Notes under the pieces: generated by a model
What the model was told of the DNA's origin: nothing
The model's input: only the letters and a program-made list of their open reading frames with translations
Databases searched by the model: none
Shown here: positions 39,156-52,859 of the stretch, one piece after another
How the letters are laid out: every line of letters starts with the position of its first letter
Position numbering within the stretch: the stretch's first letter is position 1
Source: Octopus vulgaris
Lineage: Eukaryota
Reading direction: 5' to 3'
Assembly: GCA_951406725.2 (NCBI GenBank)
Contig: OX597832.1
Location: forward strand, 2,666,001 to 2,730,000
DNA: 64,000 bases
Translations under genes and position numbers: made by a program

Positions 39156-42100
39156 CACTGGCAGCCATAACAGTTGCAATGCTTAAATCATTATCATTAA
39201 CTAACTTTCCCCTAAACTTAATCAGCCTTTTCTAAATTATATTCTAACTCTAACTAATTATTGTGCTAGGATATGAGTTCAGTTAATGATCATGAGGGCA
39301 TGGATCAACTATTATTGCATTAATAGCATTCATTTCACCTTTTAGAACCATATTAGAAGGCTGGCAGTTGGGAAAACATTTCACTCTAAATCTTGGTTCA
39401 CGAAATCTGTGAATAAAATAACATTCTTGTGAAAATATTGTGACCTTGCAGATAAGCTGGATCACTCAATCACTCACTCATGCTCTTGCTTGATGGGGCT
39501 GGGATCATCCCAGTTAGTGGTCTCAGAGGTGTCATTATGCATAGAGGTGACCAGGTCCACCAGAGCTCACCACTGCTGGCTATCCTGTGCCAGACCCTCT
39601 GCATCCTCCAATATAATGTTGAGCCCCTGGAATTCTTTATCATGCATGTTCAGTCATCTGGTGCCATGCCTGCCATGGGGCTTCTTTCAGCCTGTAGCAG
39701 GAGACAGAGGAAAATATAAAAATTAGTAATTATAATTTCACATTGTTTTTTCTTATTTGTTTGTTCAAGAAGTTGAGTAAATACTCATGATCTTTTGATA
39801 CTCTCACATGGAGGGACTGGGCTAACTGAATGAGGTTAGTAGGGTTAACACTTAATTCAAGAGTGGAGTGAAACAAGGGCTGGAAAGGAACTTTTAAAAG
39901 ATGTAATCATAATAGAAACTAAATAATAATAACATTGAACTACAGATTCATGTTAGAAAATACTGAGTGTCACTGAAGTAGGTAACAAGGGCTTCTGATT
40001 ACTGTTGCTAAATTTATCCTCATTTTGGCATTAACAGTTTGGGCTGTTAGAGGCAGGATATCTAGATTTACAGCATTGTAGATAAATGGAATATATATCT
40101 GAACAAATGAAGAAATGTTAAGTAATAGTCTGTTACTTATGAGCAGACAAGAAAATTATGAACATTTAGAAATTATATAGATATGTATGTTACCAATAGT
40201 GTCTGAAATACTTATCAAAGTTTTCTAGCAAGTAAAACCCATCCTTCTAACCTCACTACTCCAATCTTAACAGCTAAGACCCATTTGCCATTAATCAAAA
40301 TAAGCTCCCCTGGTAGCAAAAAGTGATTTTTTCCTAGTTCACTGAAAGTCTCATTTTTAACTGCTCCAAACTAAATTTGTTACCTTCATTTCCTGTCAAA
40401 CAGATGATGATAACCATGATGCCTAGCCATCTTAGACAATCATTGTGAACTCTGTTGGTAACTAAATTCTTCCCTCTACATTTTAGAAAGACATGGCATA
40501 GATTATCAGCCATAGTGAGGAAGCTGATGCCCAGCCCTATTAAATTACCATCATGCATAATTTCACTTACTTATGATTAGGTTTTATTAAATTTTCATTA
40601 AATAAAAATGATTTCGGATCAACAGGTATCACATTGGAAGCTATTAAATTACAAAGTGTTTGTGTTGTTTATAATAAACTTTATTTTACATTTTTTGCCC
40701 ACAAGAGATTATGTCTGATCTTTAGCATACTGCTGTATGTCTTCTCAAATCACAATCACAGGAAAAGTTGTTTGATAAGAATTACCAACAAAAACAAAGC
40801 TGATAAATATGCACAGGTGTTGCAAATTAAATTTAATTACCAGAGGAAGGTGACCGATCAAACTGATTATGTAAACAGAATTCTTTTCCACCTATTCTTG
40901 TCAGAACCTTTGATATGGAATATCAAAATTTTAATCTCATTCACATTTATCAAATGTCAAAGAAACTTAAAATTTTGTCATTACCATTATTGTCAGTATG
41001 GGCAGAACTTATGAACTGTTTACTGTGAAGGAGAAATTAAATATGTTGAAGATGCATTTGAACATGGCAATAGGCATTTTAATGTTCGAAATTAGTGTAA
41101 ACAGTATGACAAACTTAAAACTGTGCCTAGTAATAAACAGACAAAAATAAACACATACAATCAAGATTATCCATATCATTACATTTTTTCTGTCAGGAAT
41201 ATCCATATCCCTATGCATGTCAATGGTGCTCCATTGCGATAGGTAGAAACTCCAGGCAATGTAAAATAAGCCTGGACTGTGTTTACCAGCATGAATGTCT
41301 GGCTTCAAAAATAGTTAACCATTTAATGGTTTTACTAATTCTATACAGAAAACGTAAGCATTATACTGTCCAGCATAAATAAAAGCCCTTATTTTTTTTC
41401 TGTAAAAACAATGAAGCAAATTTCAAAAAAAATTCTGGAAACAATCTACTCATGTAATTTATGCACCCATTAAAGTTCATTTTTATTTTATGTGAAAAAA
41501 AGTTCGTAAATTACATGGACTTTTATGGTAATACATTTATGTCTGGTCTCAGTATGGCATCATGAGGTTAACAACAGTTGCAGCCTATTGTGCATGTGTG
41601 TTGACTTCCCTTCTTTCCTCAGAGGGGACAAGGGTTCTTCACAAGCATCATGCAAATGTCTTCAAGTGATAACATCAGAAATATTTTAAACGTTCTGAAT
41701 GATTTTGAAGGGAACTGAGGTCTTTCATATTGAAGCAAGGATATACAGGCACTGTTTATGCTGGACCAAACACTTTATATGAATGAATGATCAAAGAATT
41801 GCAAAACAAATGCTATATATTGAACTTGTATCTTGATAATACCTTCAAACTAAGGCTGTAGTTTTTAAGTCTATTTAGAGTCTCCCATGAAAACATTTCA
41901 GTTAAGTGAAGTCAGCTGGGAATAACATCATTTGGCTGCTAGAAATGGACAAGAAAATGGTTAAAAGTTGTGGATGTATTTAAAACAACATGCATTTCCC
42001 CTAAAGAATTTAGGTAAGCTGCACCAAAAATATACAGTTTATGAACTGGATGTGGTAAGCTTGGTTTGTGTCTCCACAACATAATTTTAAAATGTGTAAA

Positions 42101-42887
42101 AACACATGTATATTAGATATTTAAGACAAATATTTATCTATGTATTAGTGCAATAGAGTAAATTACTTGACTTTCATAACTAGAAGTATCTATCAACAAG
42201 TGATTCATTCTGGTTGTATTGATATCAGTGATCAATACTTCAACATCCAGACAATATAAATAAGAATGACAGAACTGATATAAGATAGAATATTGACATA
42301 TTTTGCCTTTATTTTTTTATAGGATGTTTCCAGATTTTAAATTTCTAAATCAGATTTGAGAATATATTTTAAAAAAGGAACAAATAAAATACAAACAATA
42401 AAACAAGTAGATTCAATTTTTAAAACTCCACCACTAATTTTGTTACTCTTGCATGAATTATTGAAATGATTGACAAATATCTATGCTGAAAAAAAGGACA
42501 AATTTATTCCCAGAATGCATATTTGTACGTACCTATATACATATGTACATATGGGTGCAAGTATGTATGTTTGTGTGTGCTTGTGTGTGTGTGTGGGTGG
42601 GTGGGGTTGGAGGGCATCTTTGCATTTGTGTTTCTTCTCTCACCATTTGGAAAGTAATGTTGGGTTGTTTGTGTCTCTGTAACTTGAACAAAAAGAAACC
42701 AACAAAATAAGAACCAAATTAGAAATGTTTTGGGATCAATTTGACTCCAGTCAAAGTGTAAGGTGGTACACTGCCCTTCAAGGTAGTGCCTCAGTATGCT
42801 GCAATCCAATGAACAAACCAAGTAAGATATTCTTTTTTAAAAACCTCATCAATTCTAGCATGGAGAAATAAACAACACACACACACA

Positions 42888-42938
<51 letters not shown>

Positions 42939-44227
42939 GCACACAAACACTTATATACATAGACAAATTATTACGGTAGCAGACAAACCCATATATTCAT
43001 AGAATTAAATGTTTTGGTAATTAATGAAATTTTTGTTATTTGCACACTAATCTTTAATCAAAAACTAATTAGTTGCTTTTACCTTGTAAAATGAAAATAT
43101 CTCAAGGGTATTGGTGTTAAGTTAGATCATCTAAATCCTAATCTTCATCCAATATAAACATGGTGCATTTAACAGTGTGGATTTGAATATTATATAATGA
43201 GTCCTTTATCTGCTGAAGTGTTGATAGCTGAGATATTGACTGTAAGTGTGTGTGAACAGGGTTAGAGTAAAAAGAAAATGAAATCAAAAATGAGCTTAAA
43301 ACTTTCTTGTCACAGCAAGAAACAGATTATGGTGAACTTGTTATATAAGAAAGGGCACTGAAGCTGATATGTGTTAGTAGCAATTTCAGAATTTACAGCT
43401 CACAGTTTCAAATCCTACCTAAATTAATATAATTTTTCAATCTTTTGTGTGGATAACTAAACAGTAAGAATCATCATCATCATCATCATCATCATTTAAG
43501 ATCCGTTGTCCATGCTGGTATGGGTTGGACAGTTTGACTAGGGCTGGTAAGCTGGTAAGCACCAGACTCCAGTCTGATTTGGCAAGGTTTTCTATGGCTG
43601 GATGCTGTTCCTAATGCCAACCACTCTGAGAGTGTAATGGGTGTTTTTTACATGTCACTGGCATGGGTGCCATTTCTGTGACACCAATATCTGCCACAAC
43701 TGCAATTTTGCTTGGCTTGATGGGTCTTCTTCTTAAGCACGTCATAATGCCAAAGGTCTTGGTCATTGTCTCTGTGAAGCCCAATGCTTGAAAGGCAAAA
43801 GTTCCTGCTGTTTCCATGGTTATACTGCAATCGAAACACCACCCTCCTGTCTGCATAATTCGATAGACATTTGACACTTTCAAAAACAAAAGAAAAAAGC
43901 CCATTTACATATGTTGTTGCATTTCAAAATAAGCCATGCACTTTGTGCTCAACTTGATGGAAACTGTTGTCAGTGGGCAGCAACCATTATTAAAAGTATT
44001 TTCTACCATTGGATTCAGGAAGACAAAGTAAGAGTTTCTGACCAGGAAGTTATATTAACAATGTAGAGAGAGTTCTATCAAGCAAAGAACTAGCAGTGAG
44101 CTATATTTATATCTCAGAATAGATTTCTAGTCATAGGAATTAATATCACTGAAAATTGAAAATAGCATGTCTGTCACCAACTTACAGTTCCTTTCCCATG
44201 TAAAAAACATAACAAATGTCTATGAAA

Positions 44228-46301
44228 GTATCATCATCATCATTGTTTAACGTCTGTTTTCCATGCTGGACGGTTCGACCAGGGTCTGGGAAGCCAGGAG
44301 GCCGCACCAGGCTCCAATCATATCTAGCAATGTTTCTACAGCTAGATGCCCTTCCTAATGCCAACCACTCTGAGAGTGTAGTGGGTACATTTTACATGCC
44401 ACCAGCACAGGAGCCAGTAGGGGTGAGGGGGCTGGCATCGACCATGTTTGGATGGCACTTTTTATGTTCCACCGGCACAGGGTGCCAGTCAGGTAGTACT
44501 GGCAATGACACACGTATGAATGGTGCTTGTTGCATGCCACCAGCATGGAGCCAGTCAGGTGGCACTGGCGATGGCCCATGCATAAATGGTGCTTATTGCA
44601 TGCCACCAGAATGGCAGCCTGTCAGGCAGCACTGGCATTAGTCACAACAACAATTTCCATTTGACTGTGGTTTGATTTGATTTTGATTTTGATGTACTTG
44701 ACTCAGAAGCTCTCCTCAAGCATGGCATGTCACCTGATGAGCCAAAGGTACTTTTTATAAGTGGGCTGGTTATGCAACACTGGTTGTAGACTACAGCTGT
44801 AATATCGTTTTACTTGCCGGGTCTTCTCAGTCACAGTATATCTCCAGAAGTCTCGGTCTTTTGTCATTGTCTCTGTGAGTCTCAACATTTGAAGGTCATG
44901 CTTCATCACCTCATCCCATGTCTTCCTGGGTCCCCCTCTACCACTGTTTAGGAGTGATATTTCTTCACACAGCTCTCCTCATCCATCCGTAGTACATGAC
45001 CATACCAGTGCAGTCCTTGCAAGCCACATCTGATGCTTCTTATGTCCAACATTTCTCTCAGGGTGCTTACACTCTGTCATGTGTGCACACTAACATTACA
45101 CATCCATCAGATCATGCTAGCTTCATTTCTTTCGAGCTTATGCATGTTTTCAGCAGTCAAGGCCCATGTTTCACTGTCATGAAGTATGGCAATTCACACA
45201 CATGCACTGTACAATCTACCTTTCACTCTGAGCCCTTTGTTCCCAGTAGAGGTAGGAGATTTCTGAACTTTGCCCAGGCTATTCTTATTCTAGTGGTGAT
45301 GCTCCCTGAGCATCCACCCCCACTACAGACTTGGTCACTTAGGTAGTGGAAGCTATCAGCTACTTCTAGTTTCTCCCCGTGGCATGTGGTGGAATCTGTT
45401 TTCTGAGTATCTGTGGTGTTTATTGCCCTTGTGCATCTGCCGCACATGAAAGCTACCTTCCCGATTAATCTTCCTTTGATGTTGTTGCACCTCTTATGTG
45501 TCCATAGCTTACACTGAGTACATTGTATGAAGTTTCTACCTACACCTTTTCTACAGATCGAGCAGGGCCATCTACCTGAAAGGGTTTGTGATGTTTTCGC
45601 CTTCCTACTTATTCGGACTTTGGATTTTGCGACATTAACTCTAAGGCCCTTCGATTCTAAACCTTGCTTCCACACCTGAAATTTCTTCTCTAGTTCCAGT
45701 AGTGATTCTGCAATGAGAATCAGGTCATCAGCATAGAGGAGCTCCCAAGTCTAAAGTCACTAATGACTAGTCTATGCTAGGAGGTACATTCTTCACACAG
45801 GAGGGTCTTTGTATTTAAGAGCAACCCTGCATCCCGCTGTCTGGTGAGGATGAAATCAATCTGGTTAGCAGAATCACCTGATCGATAGGTTATCAGGTAG
45901 CTGTCTGGCTTCCTGAAGTTAGTGTTGCAGATTAAAAGGTTGCATGCATCACAGAATTCCAGTAGCCTAGTTCCCTCTTCGTTTTGGTAACCAATTCCAT
46001 GGCCCCCATATACACCAGTGAAGATACCGGATTGCCGTCCAACATGCCCACTAAAATCTCTAGCCACAAAGATGAGGTCATTGCCATTCATCTTTGAGGT
46101 AGCTTCTAGGAGGATATCATAAAAGTGGTCCTTCTGATAATTTTGTAGGCCCACTTGTGGGGTGTAGGCAGAGATAATTGTACCTATACTATTCTGCAGG
46201 ACTAGCCTGAGCTTAAGCACTCTATTGCATACCCTGACAACCTCTATGACCTTATCCACCCATTTCTCCACAAGGAGTATGCCTACACCCCCTACTCCCA
46301 A
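44228..46301 (-). mobile_element. Internally deleted RTE LINE: APE endonuclease (45777-46301) fused to RT C-terminus/PHD (about 44815-45750) plus 3' tail
   Basis: GVGIL, ISAYTPQVG, DFSGHVG, NEEGTRLLEFC, QIDFIL (APE); LLYADDL, WPCSICRKGVG; (CAT)n at 44230. Confidence 0.93.
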
Positions 46302-47796
46302 TATGGAAAAACTGATACAAAAGCAGAGTCACTAAATTGTTGTTATTGCTTGGAAGTCTCATCATGTTTGGGTAAATCCAAAGCATTGTATAGAAGTAGA
46401 TGACAGAATACTTCAGGGTAATCAATACTGAATGTAATAACTATACCACAACTGAGAATACTGTGTCTATTTCCTAATTTTGTGGTTGATTAACTAGAAT
46501 GTTCTTTTGTTAGCCAGGACAAGTTTCACCCCTATTGATATCAAGAATGGATGCGTATGAAGTTTTCATCTTGTATCATTTTATATTTCTATTTTCTATA
46601 TCTCACTTTTATCATTATATTCTCTAATTCTCTTCAGGTGTTCTTGTACACATCTTTTCACTAAGACTGAATACAAAAACATAATTTCTAGTAAAGTTTC
46701 AATTCTATTTGCCATTTAGCCACAATTCTGTAACTTATTCCAGTATATTAGCTGTGCAGATTATAAAACAAAGTATGACAGATAGCTTTAATAATATGAA
46801 TTTCTCAAAATGTTCCAGCTTTTTTAAAATTAATTTTTGCTCTTACACTTCTGAAACAATCTGTAGCGAGGCACAAAGAAGCCAGCATCATTTTGAAACA
46901 GTGAGATCTTGTCTGCAACCATTATTTAAGGAAAAGACAACAACATTTTCCCTCACATTCTATGCATGCTGATGCCGAGCAAGACTTCGAAACCAGGAGC
47001 TCACAACGGGTTTTTGTCCTGCTGTGATACCACATGCATTGTCTCCAGAGGTTATTGAACCTCACGTGTATGGGAAAGAAGGCTAACTACGCACTGCTGT
47101 GAAGATGGTTACTGAAAGCAAACCCCTTGAATGAAGCATCTGTGAATAAATGGTTATTGAATTTACTCTGACTGAGAACATCATTCTTCATATTTCCAGC
47201 TCCTTGAATCAACAAAATAATTATAATGGAAGAAGATACCCCAAAAGTATCATAAAAACCTTCCTTCCGTTATAAATCTATTGTAAAAGAAAATGATCTA
47301 GTTGCTGTTTAGCCCCGATCAAACGGATTTATGATCAAAGGCAATACAGTCATGACCATGGCATCCTTTTTGAAGCTCTCTCTCCCTCTAATGTATTCCT
47401 CCTTCTAATTCAAAGCGAGATATTACTCATCTACTTACATTCTATAAAATCCAGTCCTTAAAAGGTTCTTTTAATTGTAGGAGGCAGTTACAGGTGTCAT
47501 GGAATTCTTGTATGAGATACCAAATACTTTGATGCATTGAATAGGTAATATTTGTCACAAAGACATTATTTGTTCATTGTTGGCAATTTTGTTTCAAAGA
47601 GGTAGAGAGAGCAATGGATGTATTGATTTAAAATGAGTTGAGAAATTATAGCAACCGTTGATTCTGAAAGGTGTTTCACGTAGTTTATAAGATGCACTGA
47701 ATCAAGCTCCCCTCTTTCATGGTGTTAAGCAGTTGGTAAACATATCTATTTCACTGTAATTGAGCCTCAGACTGTTATCGGTTTCACTTTTGTTTG

Positions 47797-48320
47797 TACA
47801 TACATATGTACGTACGTACAAACATACATACATACATACATACATACATACATACATACATACACACACACATACATACATACACACATACATACATACA
47901 TACATACACACATACATAATACCTGATGCATGCATACATACATACATGCATACATACATACATGCATGCATGCATACATACATACATACACACACACATA
48001 CATACATACATACATACACACATACATAATACCTGATGCATACATACATACATGCATACATACATACATGCATGCATGCATGCATACATACATACATACA
48101 TACATACATACATACACACATACATAATACCTGATGCATGCATACATACATACATGCATACATACATACATGCATACATACATACATGCATGCATGCATA
48201 CATACATACATACATACATACATACATACATACATACATACATACATACATACATGCATTCACATATACGTACATGCATACATTCATGCATACATACATA
48301 CACACATACATAAACACATA
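47797..48320. repeat. (TACA)n/(TGCA)n compound microsatellite with higher-order structure
   Basis: Seen directly; source of the MYVC/HTYI pseudo-ORFs. Confidence 0.95.
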
Positions 48321-49529
48321 TGTAACTACTATATTTTCTTGTGATATAGTACAGGGATATTGACAGGATCCTTCAGGCTAACATCCCAGTAACAGAGCCA
48401 TATGTAATTTCCAAAGCAATGTTGAAGTTCTGTTTGTGATAAGTATCTTAGAAATATTATGTATGAGAAATATAATGTTTATTGCTAGGTTGTTTCAGTT
48501 CTGCTTAAATAGCCACATGATACAAGGCTGATTAACCTAAAGCTGGTAATTTCAGCATTGATGATTCAATGTTTATGCAGGCATGCTACAGTAAAAAAGT
48601 TGGAGCTGAAATATATCAGATTTATGACACTAGATCTCAGCACAGAGGAACATTTACTAATGTAGATAGGAGTGTTATTTTAAGAGGCCTAAGTGTTGTT
48701 AACATAAGTACTATATTGTCATGTTGTTGAGCCAAGATTGATACTTGTGGAAGTTCCCATAAAGTGAACTGTTTGGTTTTGATTTACAATTGGAATAATT
48801 TCACAAATCACGCAATCAAATACCAGGATCTGTAGGCAAGTGTAATCATAGAGCCTTTTGTTGTTAGAACATCACTTAGGCCACTCAATGAGCTATAAGA
48901 TCTCAATTGTTTATTAAATGGAATTAATTAATTCAAATAATCTATGATGTGACAGCCAACTTTTTAATAGAATAAGTGTTGCCTAATTCCTGCTCTTATT
49001 TGTTTCCTTCATTTCTACTCCCCTACATCTTGTTTCTTCAAATACATTATCACTTTACATATCAAACGTAGTAGTAAATGCAATTATATTAATACAAAAT
49101 TAAAGTATGACAATATAAATAAATAAAAATAACAGTGTGGTATGTATGTATGCATATACATATGTATGTACATACGTACATATGTATGTATATATGTACA
49201 TACGTATGTATGTAGTATATATGTATGCATATATTTATGTATGTATGTATGTATGCATGTATGCATGCATGCATGTATGCATCTTTTATCTTGTTTCAGT
49301 CATTTGATTTGTGGCCATGCTGGGGTACCACCTTGAAGGGATTTAGTTGAAGAAATCAATTCTAGAACTAATTTTTTTAAACCTAGTACCTGAGTGACCT
49401 CTTTTGCTAAACCACTAAATTATGGGGTCATAAGAACACTAACACTGGTTGTCAAGTGGGGGTGGGGGACAAACACAAACGCAGACACAAAGACACACAC
49501 ACACATAGATATATACATACATATATATA

Positions 49530-51143
49530 TACATTGAATTCATCCTACAAAATTACCACTTCATGTTTGACAATACGTTTTACCGTCAAAAATCCGGAAT
49601 TGCTATGGGTACAAGGGCAGCACCAGTCATTGCGAACCTAACAATGGGCTACCTGGAAATAATTATATACCAGGAATCTTTATCAACCTTTGGAAACCCC
49701 CTTTCTCAATACATAAAAGAGAATTGGAAAAGATTCCTGGACGATTGTTTTATACTCTGGAATGAAAACACAGATAAACTCCTAAAATTCAAAAACCTAT
49801 TGAACAGCATCAACCCAAATATACAGTTCACAATGGATACAACCAAAAGGAGCTTCCATTCTTAGATATACTGATTAAAAAAATTAACCTTAAAATAGAA
49901 ACAGACATTTTTTACAAAGCCACAGACGCCAAACAATACCTACTTTTTGATTCATGCCACCCAAGACACACTAAAACAAACATCCCTTTCAACCTTGCAA
50001 GACGGACATGCACAATAGTGTCAGAACAAAATGCCAAGAACTTTAGACTACAAGAACTCAAAAACACCCTAATTGACAGACACTACCCAGTTCAACTCAT
50101 AGAAGATGGCATCAGACATGCAACAGAAATCGACATAGAAACTTTGAGAAAAGTTCAACACAACAACACACCTTCCCCGAAAATACTACCTTACATATCC
50201 ACATACAACCCCAGAAACAAAGACGCCTTCACCATCATCACCCAGAATTTACCAATACTTCATAAGGACCCCAAATTAAATGAAATTCTAAACATACATA
50301 AAATCATTAAAAGCTACAAACAACCTAAATCACTTTAAAAAATTCTCATAAAGGCAAAATTGTTTTCTAAAATTACGGATGCAAAAGTAAAAAAATGTGG
50401 TAGACCAAACTGTGCAACATGTCCAAACCTTCTAGAAGGATCAGAATTCCTTTTCAAAGAGGGACAAAAATTCAAGATCAGATCTAATTTTACTTGTGCT
50501 TCTGAAAACATAATTTATGTCATAAGGTGCTCGGGCTGCCACCAAAACTATGTGGGGTCCACGGGATTATCACTCAGACACAGATGCACTCTGCATCGAC
50601 AACAGATTGCATTCCCAGAATACAGAATGATTCCCTTTAGTGAGCATATTGAGAAATGCGCAAAGCAACTACTACCACAATTTTTAATCTTTCCATTCTA
50701 TCAGCGTGCTATTGGAACACCAACACAAATTAGATTAAACAAGGAAACATTCTTCATTGAAATATATAAGCCTGAACTTAACCATCCTAACATTCTTATA
50801 CAGAGAAACTCATCTCATTATATAAGAAATATAAAGCGATTATCTCCCTTATACTGGAAGAAATCGCTTATTGCCTCCCCCTGCCTGGAACTCTTCTTTG
50901 CACTGCATTACAAAGACATGACACGATGTAGGTAAACACATTTGAGAAATTTGAAAAGTTAACACGAAACCGGTAATTTCTCCAAAAACTATGTTACTAT
51001 ATGCAAAATTTTATAACATTTTTCTAACATAACGACTTAAATATATTCTTTAACCTTATAAAACAAGCCTTCTGTAGTTTTTTCACTCTTTTCTATTTTC
51101 TATATATCCAACAACGTGCTTTCACACACCAACTTTCTCACCT
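49530..51143 (+). mobile_element. 5'-truncated Penelope-like element (RT C-half plus GIY-YIG), only a few disablements
   Basis: FYRQKSGIAMGT.AAP..ANL.MG, RFLDDCFI, NIQFT, SCHPRH, CGRPNCATC, NIIYVIRC.GC..NYVGST; inserted in (TA)n. Confidence 0.95.
50944..50982 (+). ncRNA. Minimal type I hammerhead ribozyme, U3-A8 core variant
   Basis: Stem I GAGAAAT/ATTTCTC; core TTGAAAA; stem II GT-TAAC-AC; GAAA; palindromic stem III ACCGGT; GTA cleavage triplet; just 3' of the PLE ORF. Confidence 0.75.
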
Positions 51144-51412
51144 ATATATATATATATATATAGGCAGATGTAAGGGATGGAAAAAGGGAGCCCAGGGGTG
51201 GGGGACACAACAGTTCAATTTGTGACTTTATAGTTTTTTTTTGTTTGTTTGTTTTTCGCTGCATACTAATTTGAGACAGAAAAGAGCAACAGGCCTTACT
51301 GTCAGGATTTGAAACTCCATAACTTTTAGTTGCTAGACAAGTGCCTTATTACTGATCACACAACGCATCATCATCACCATCACCATCATCTTCATCATAT
51401 TCATCCTCAGTT

Positions 51413-52362
51413 AATGCACAGAGCATTGGAGAGCGGGTAAATGAACATTGGAGAGAACTTAAGGAAGGAAAGAGCTCATCGGTTCTGTACCAACATGCCG
51501 AGCAGGAACACGGGGGTTCAATCAACAACATAGAAGTTAAAATCTTGTCCACACATAGAACAGATGCAACAATCAGACAAATTACGGAAGCTACACACAT
51601 AATAGAAGATAAACCTAAACCTGAACCTGGAATGGAACACTAGCACACACCACAACATATGACAGAAGAGGATCCCCATAAACTGGTTACAATATAAACA
51701 AAACTGAAAACGTAATAAAATAAAATACACAGATAAATAAACAAATGGAAGTAAATAACTAAATACATTTTTTTAATTATATTTTTTAATATATTTTTTA
51801 ATTTTTTAATTTTTATTATTTAATTTTTTATATTTTTTATTTTTATTTTTATTATTGTTATTACTATTACTATTATTTTTATACATACATACATATATAA
51901 TAATAATAATAGTGATAATGATAATAATGGTGGTGATGATAATAATAATAATAATAAAAAGTGGGTATAAACACATGAACAAAATAAGAATAAACAAAAA
52001 CAAAAACAAAAACAAATTACATGAACATATATAAACAGGAGATACAAATATTACAGGCATTTCCCCACACACACTAACTAAACATAGACGCACATAGAGA
52101 TATACGCATGCGCAAATGAAGACACATACAATAGAAGTACAAAATGGCAGACGGTTAGTAAGGAGAGACACACAAATAAGAAAGACGAAAGCAAAGGACC
52201 ACTGATGCGGTCACAGGAGTGTGATGAAAGAACTCTGGCTGAAATAAGATTAAGATTAATGTAAAAAATAAATAATGCTGAAGCAAAGTAACACCAAATA
52301 TATAGTGTGTGTGTTTTTATTGGCTAAACTGGCAAAATGACTATTCCTAAATACAACAATAT
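51413..52362 (+). mobile_element. Penelope-like 3' fragment (GIY-YIG C-terminus, possibly Naiad-type) with hammerhead motif and terminus
   Basis: SIGERVNEHWREL...SVLYQHAEQEH...VKIL...RQITEA.HI...LN.EWN, stop at 51697; ends in (TA)n. Confidence 0.8.
52199..52238 (+). ncRNA. Hammerhead ribozyme-like motif (degenerate)
   Basis: CCA-CTGATGC-G-GTCACA(GGAG)TGTGAT-GAAA-GAAC-TC-TGG in a PLE 3' end. Confidence 0.6.
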
Positions 52363-52404
52363 ATATATATATATATATGTATGTATATACATATATATAT
52401 ATAG

Positions 52405-52709
52405 TACCATCCGAGCATGATCGTTGCCAGAGCAGCCAACTGGCTTCTGTACCTGTGGCACGTAAAAGGGCACCATTCGAGCATGATTGTTACCAACGTC
52501 GCTTCACTGGTACCTGTGCCAGTGGCACGTAAAAAGCACCCACTACACTCTCGGAGTGGTTGGCGTTAGGAAGGGCATCCAGCTGTAGAAACTCTGCCAG
52601 ATCAAGTTTGGAGCCTGGTGCTGCCATCTGGTTCGCCAGCCCTCAGTCAAAATCGTCCAAACCATGCTAGCATGGAAAGCGGATGTTAAATGATGATGAT
52701 GATGATGAT
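52405..52709 (+). repeat. Isolated RTE 3'-tail copy; others at about 1003-1146(-), 11172-11355(-), 15055-15375(+), 16780-17130(-), 43470-43800(-), 56490-56792(+)
   Basis: GTGGTTGGCGTTAGGAAGGGCATCCAGCTGTAGAAAC...CATGCTAGCATGGAAAGCGGA.GTTAAA(TGA)n, matching the RTE 3' ends. Confidence 0.85.
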
Positions 52710-52859
52710 ATATATATTTATATATATATATATATATATCATTTGTAAAAATACATAAATCTGGAGAAGCTCACTCTAAGATGTAGAGCAGTTAATACTG
52801 TAGTGGAGTAGGGTGGTTTATAGGGTTACCCTGGATAACCCCACTTCTATATATATATA

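Noticed and set aside
41345-41530. Possible pogo-type MITE
   Set aside because: Only one convincing terminus (TTACATGGACTTTTATGGTA).
41925-41965. HHLAARNGQ ankyrin-like peptide
   Set aside because: Bounded by stops with no phase-consistent splice sites.
46968-47000. CTGATGC...GAAAC hammerhead-like string
   Set aside because: Lacks the UH cleavage triplet and convincing stems; no PLE context.
47717-48363. Long MYVC/HTYI ORFs (also 27475-27884, 49084-49336)
   Set aside because: Translations of microsatellites.
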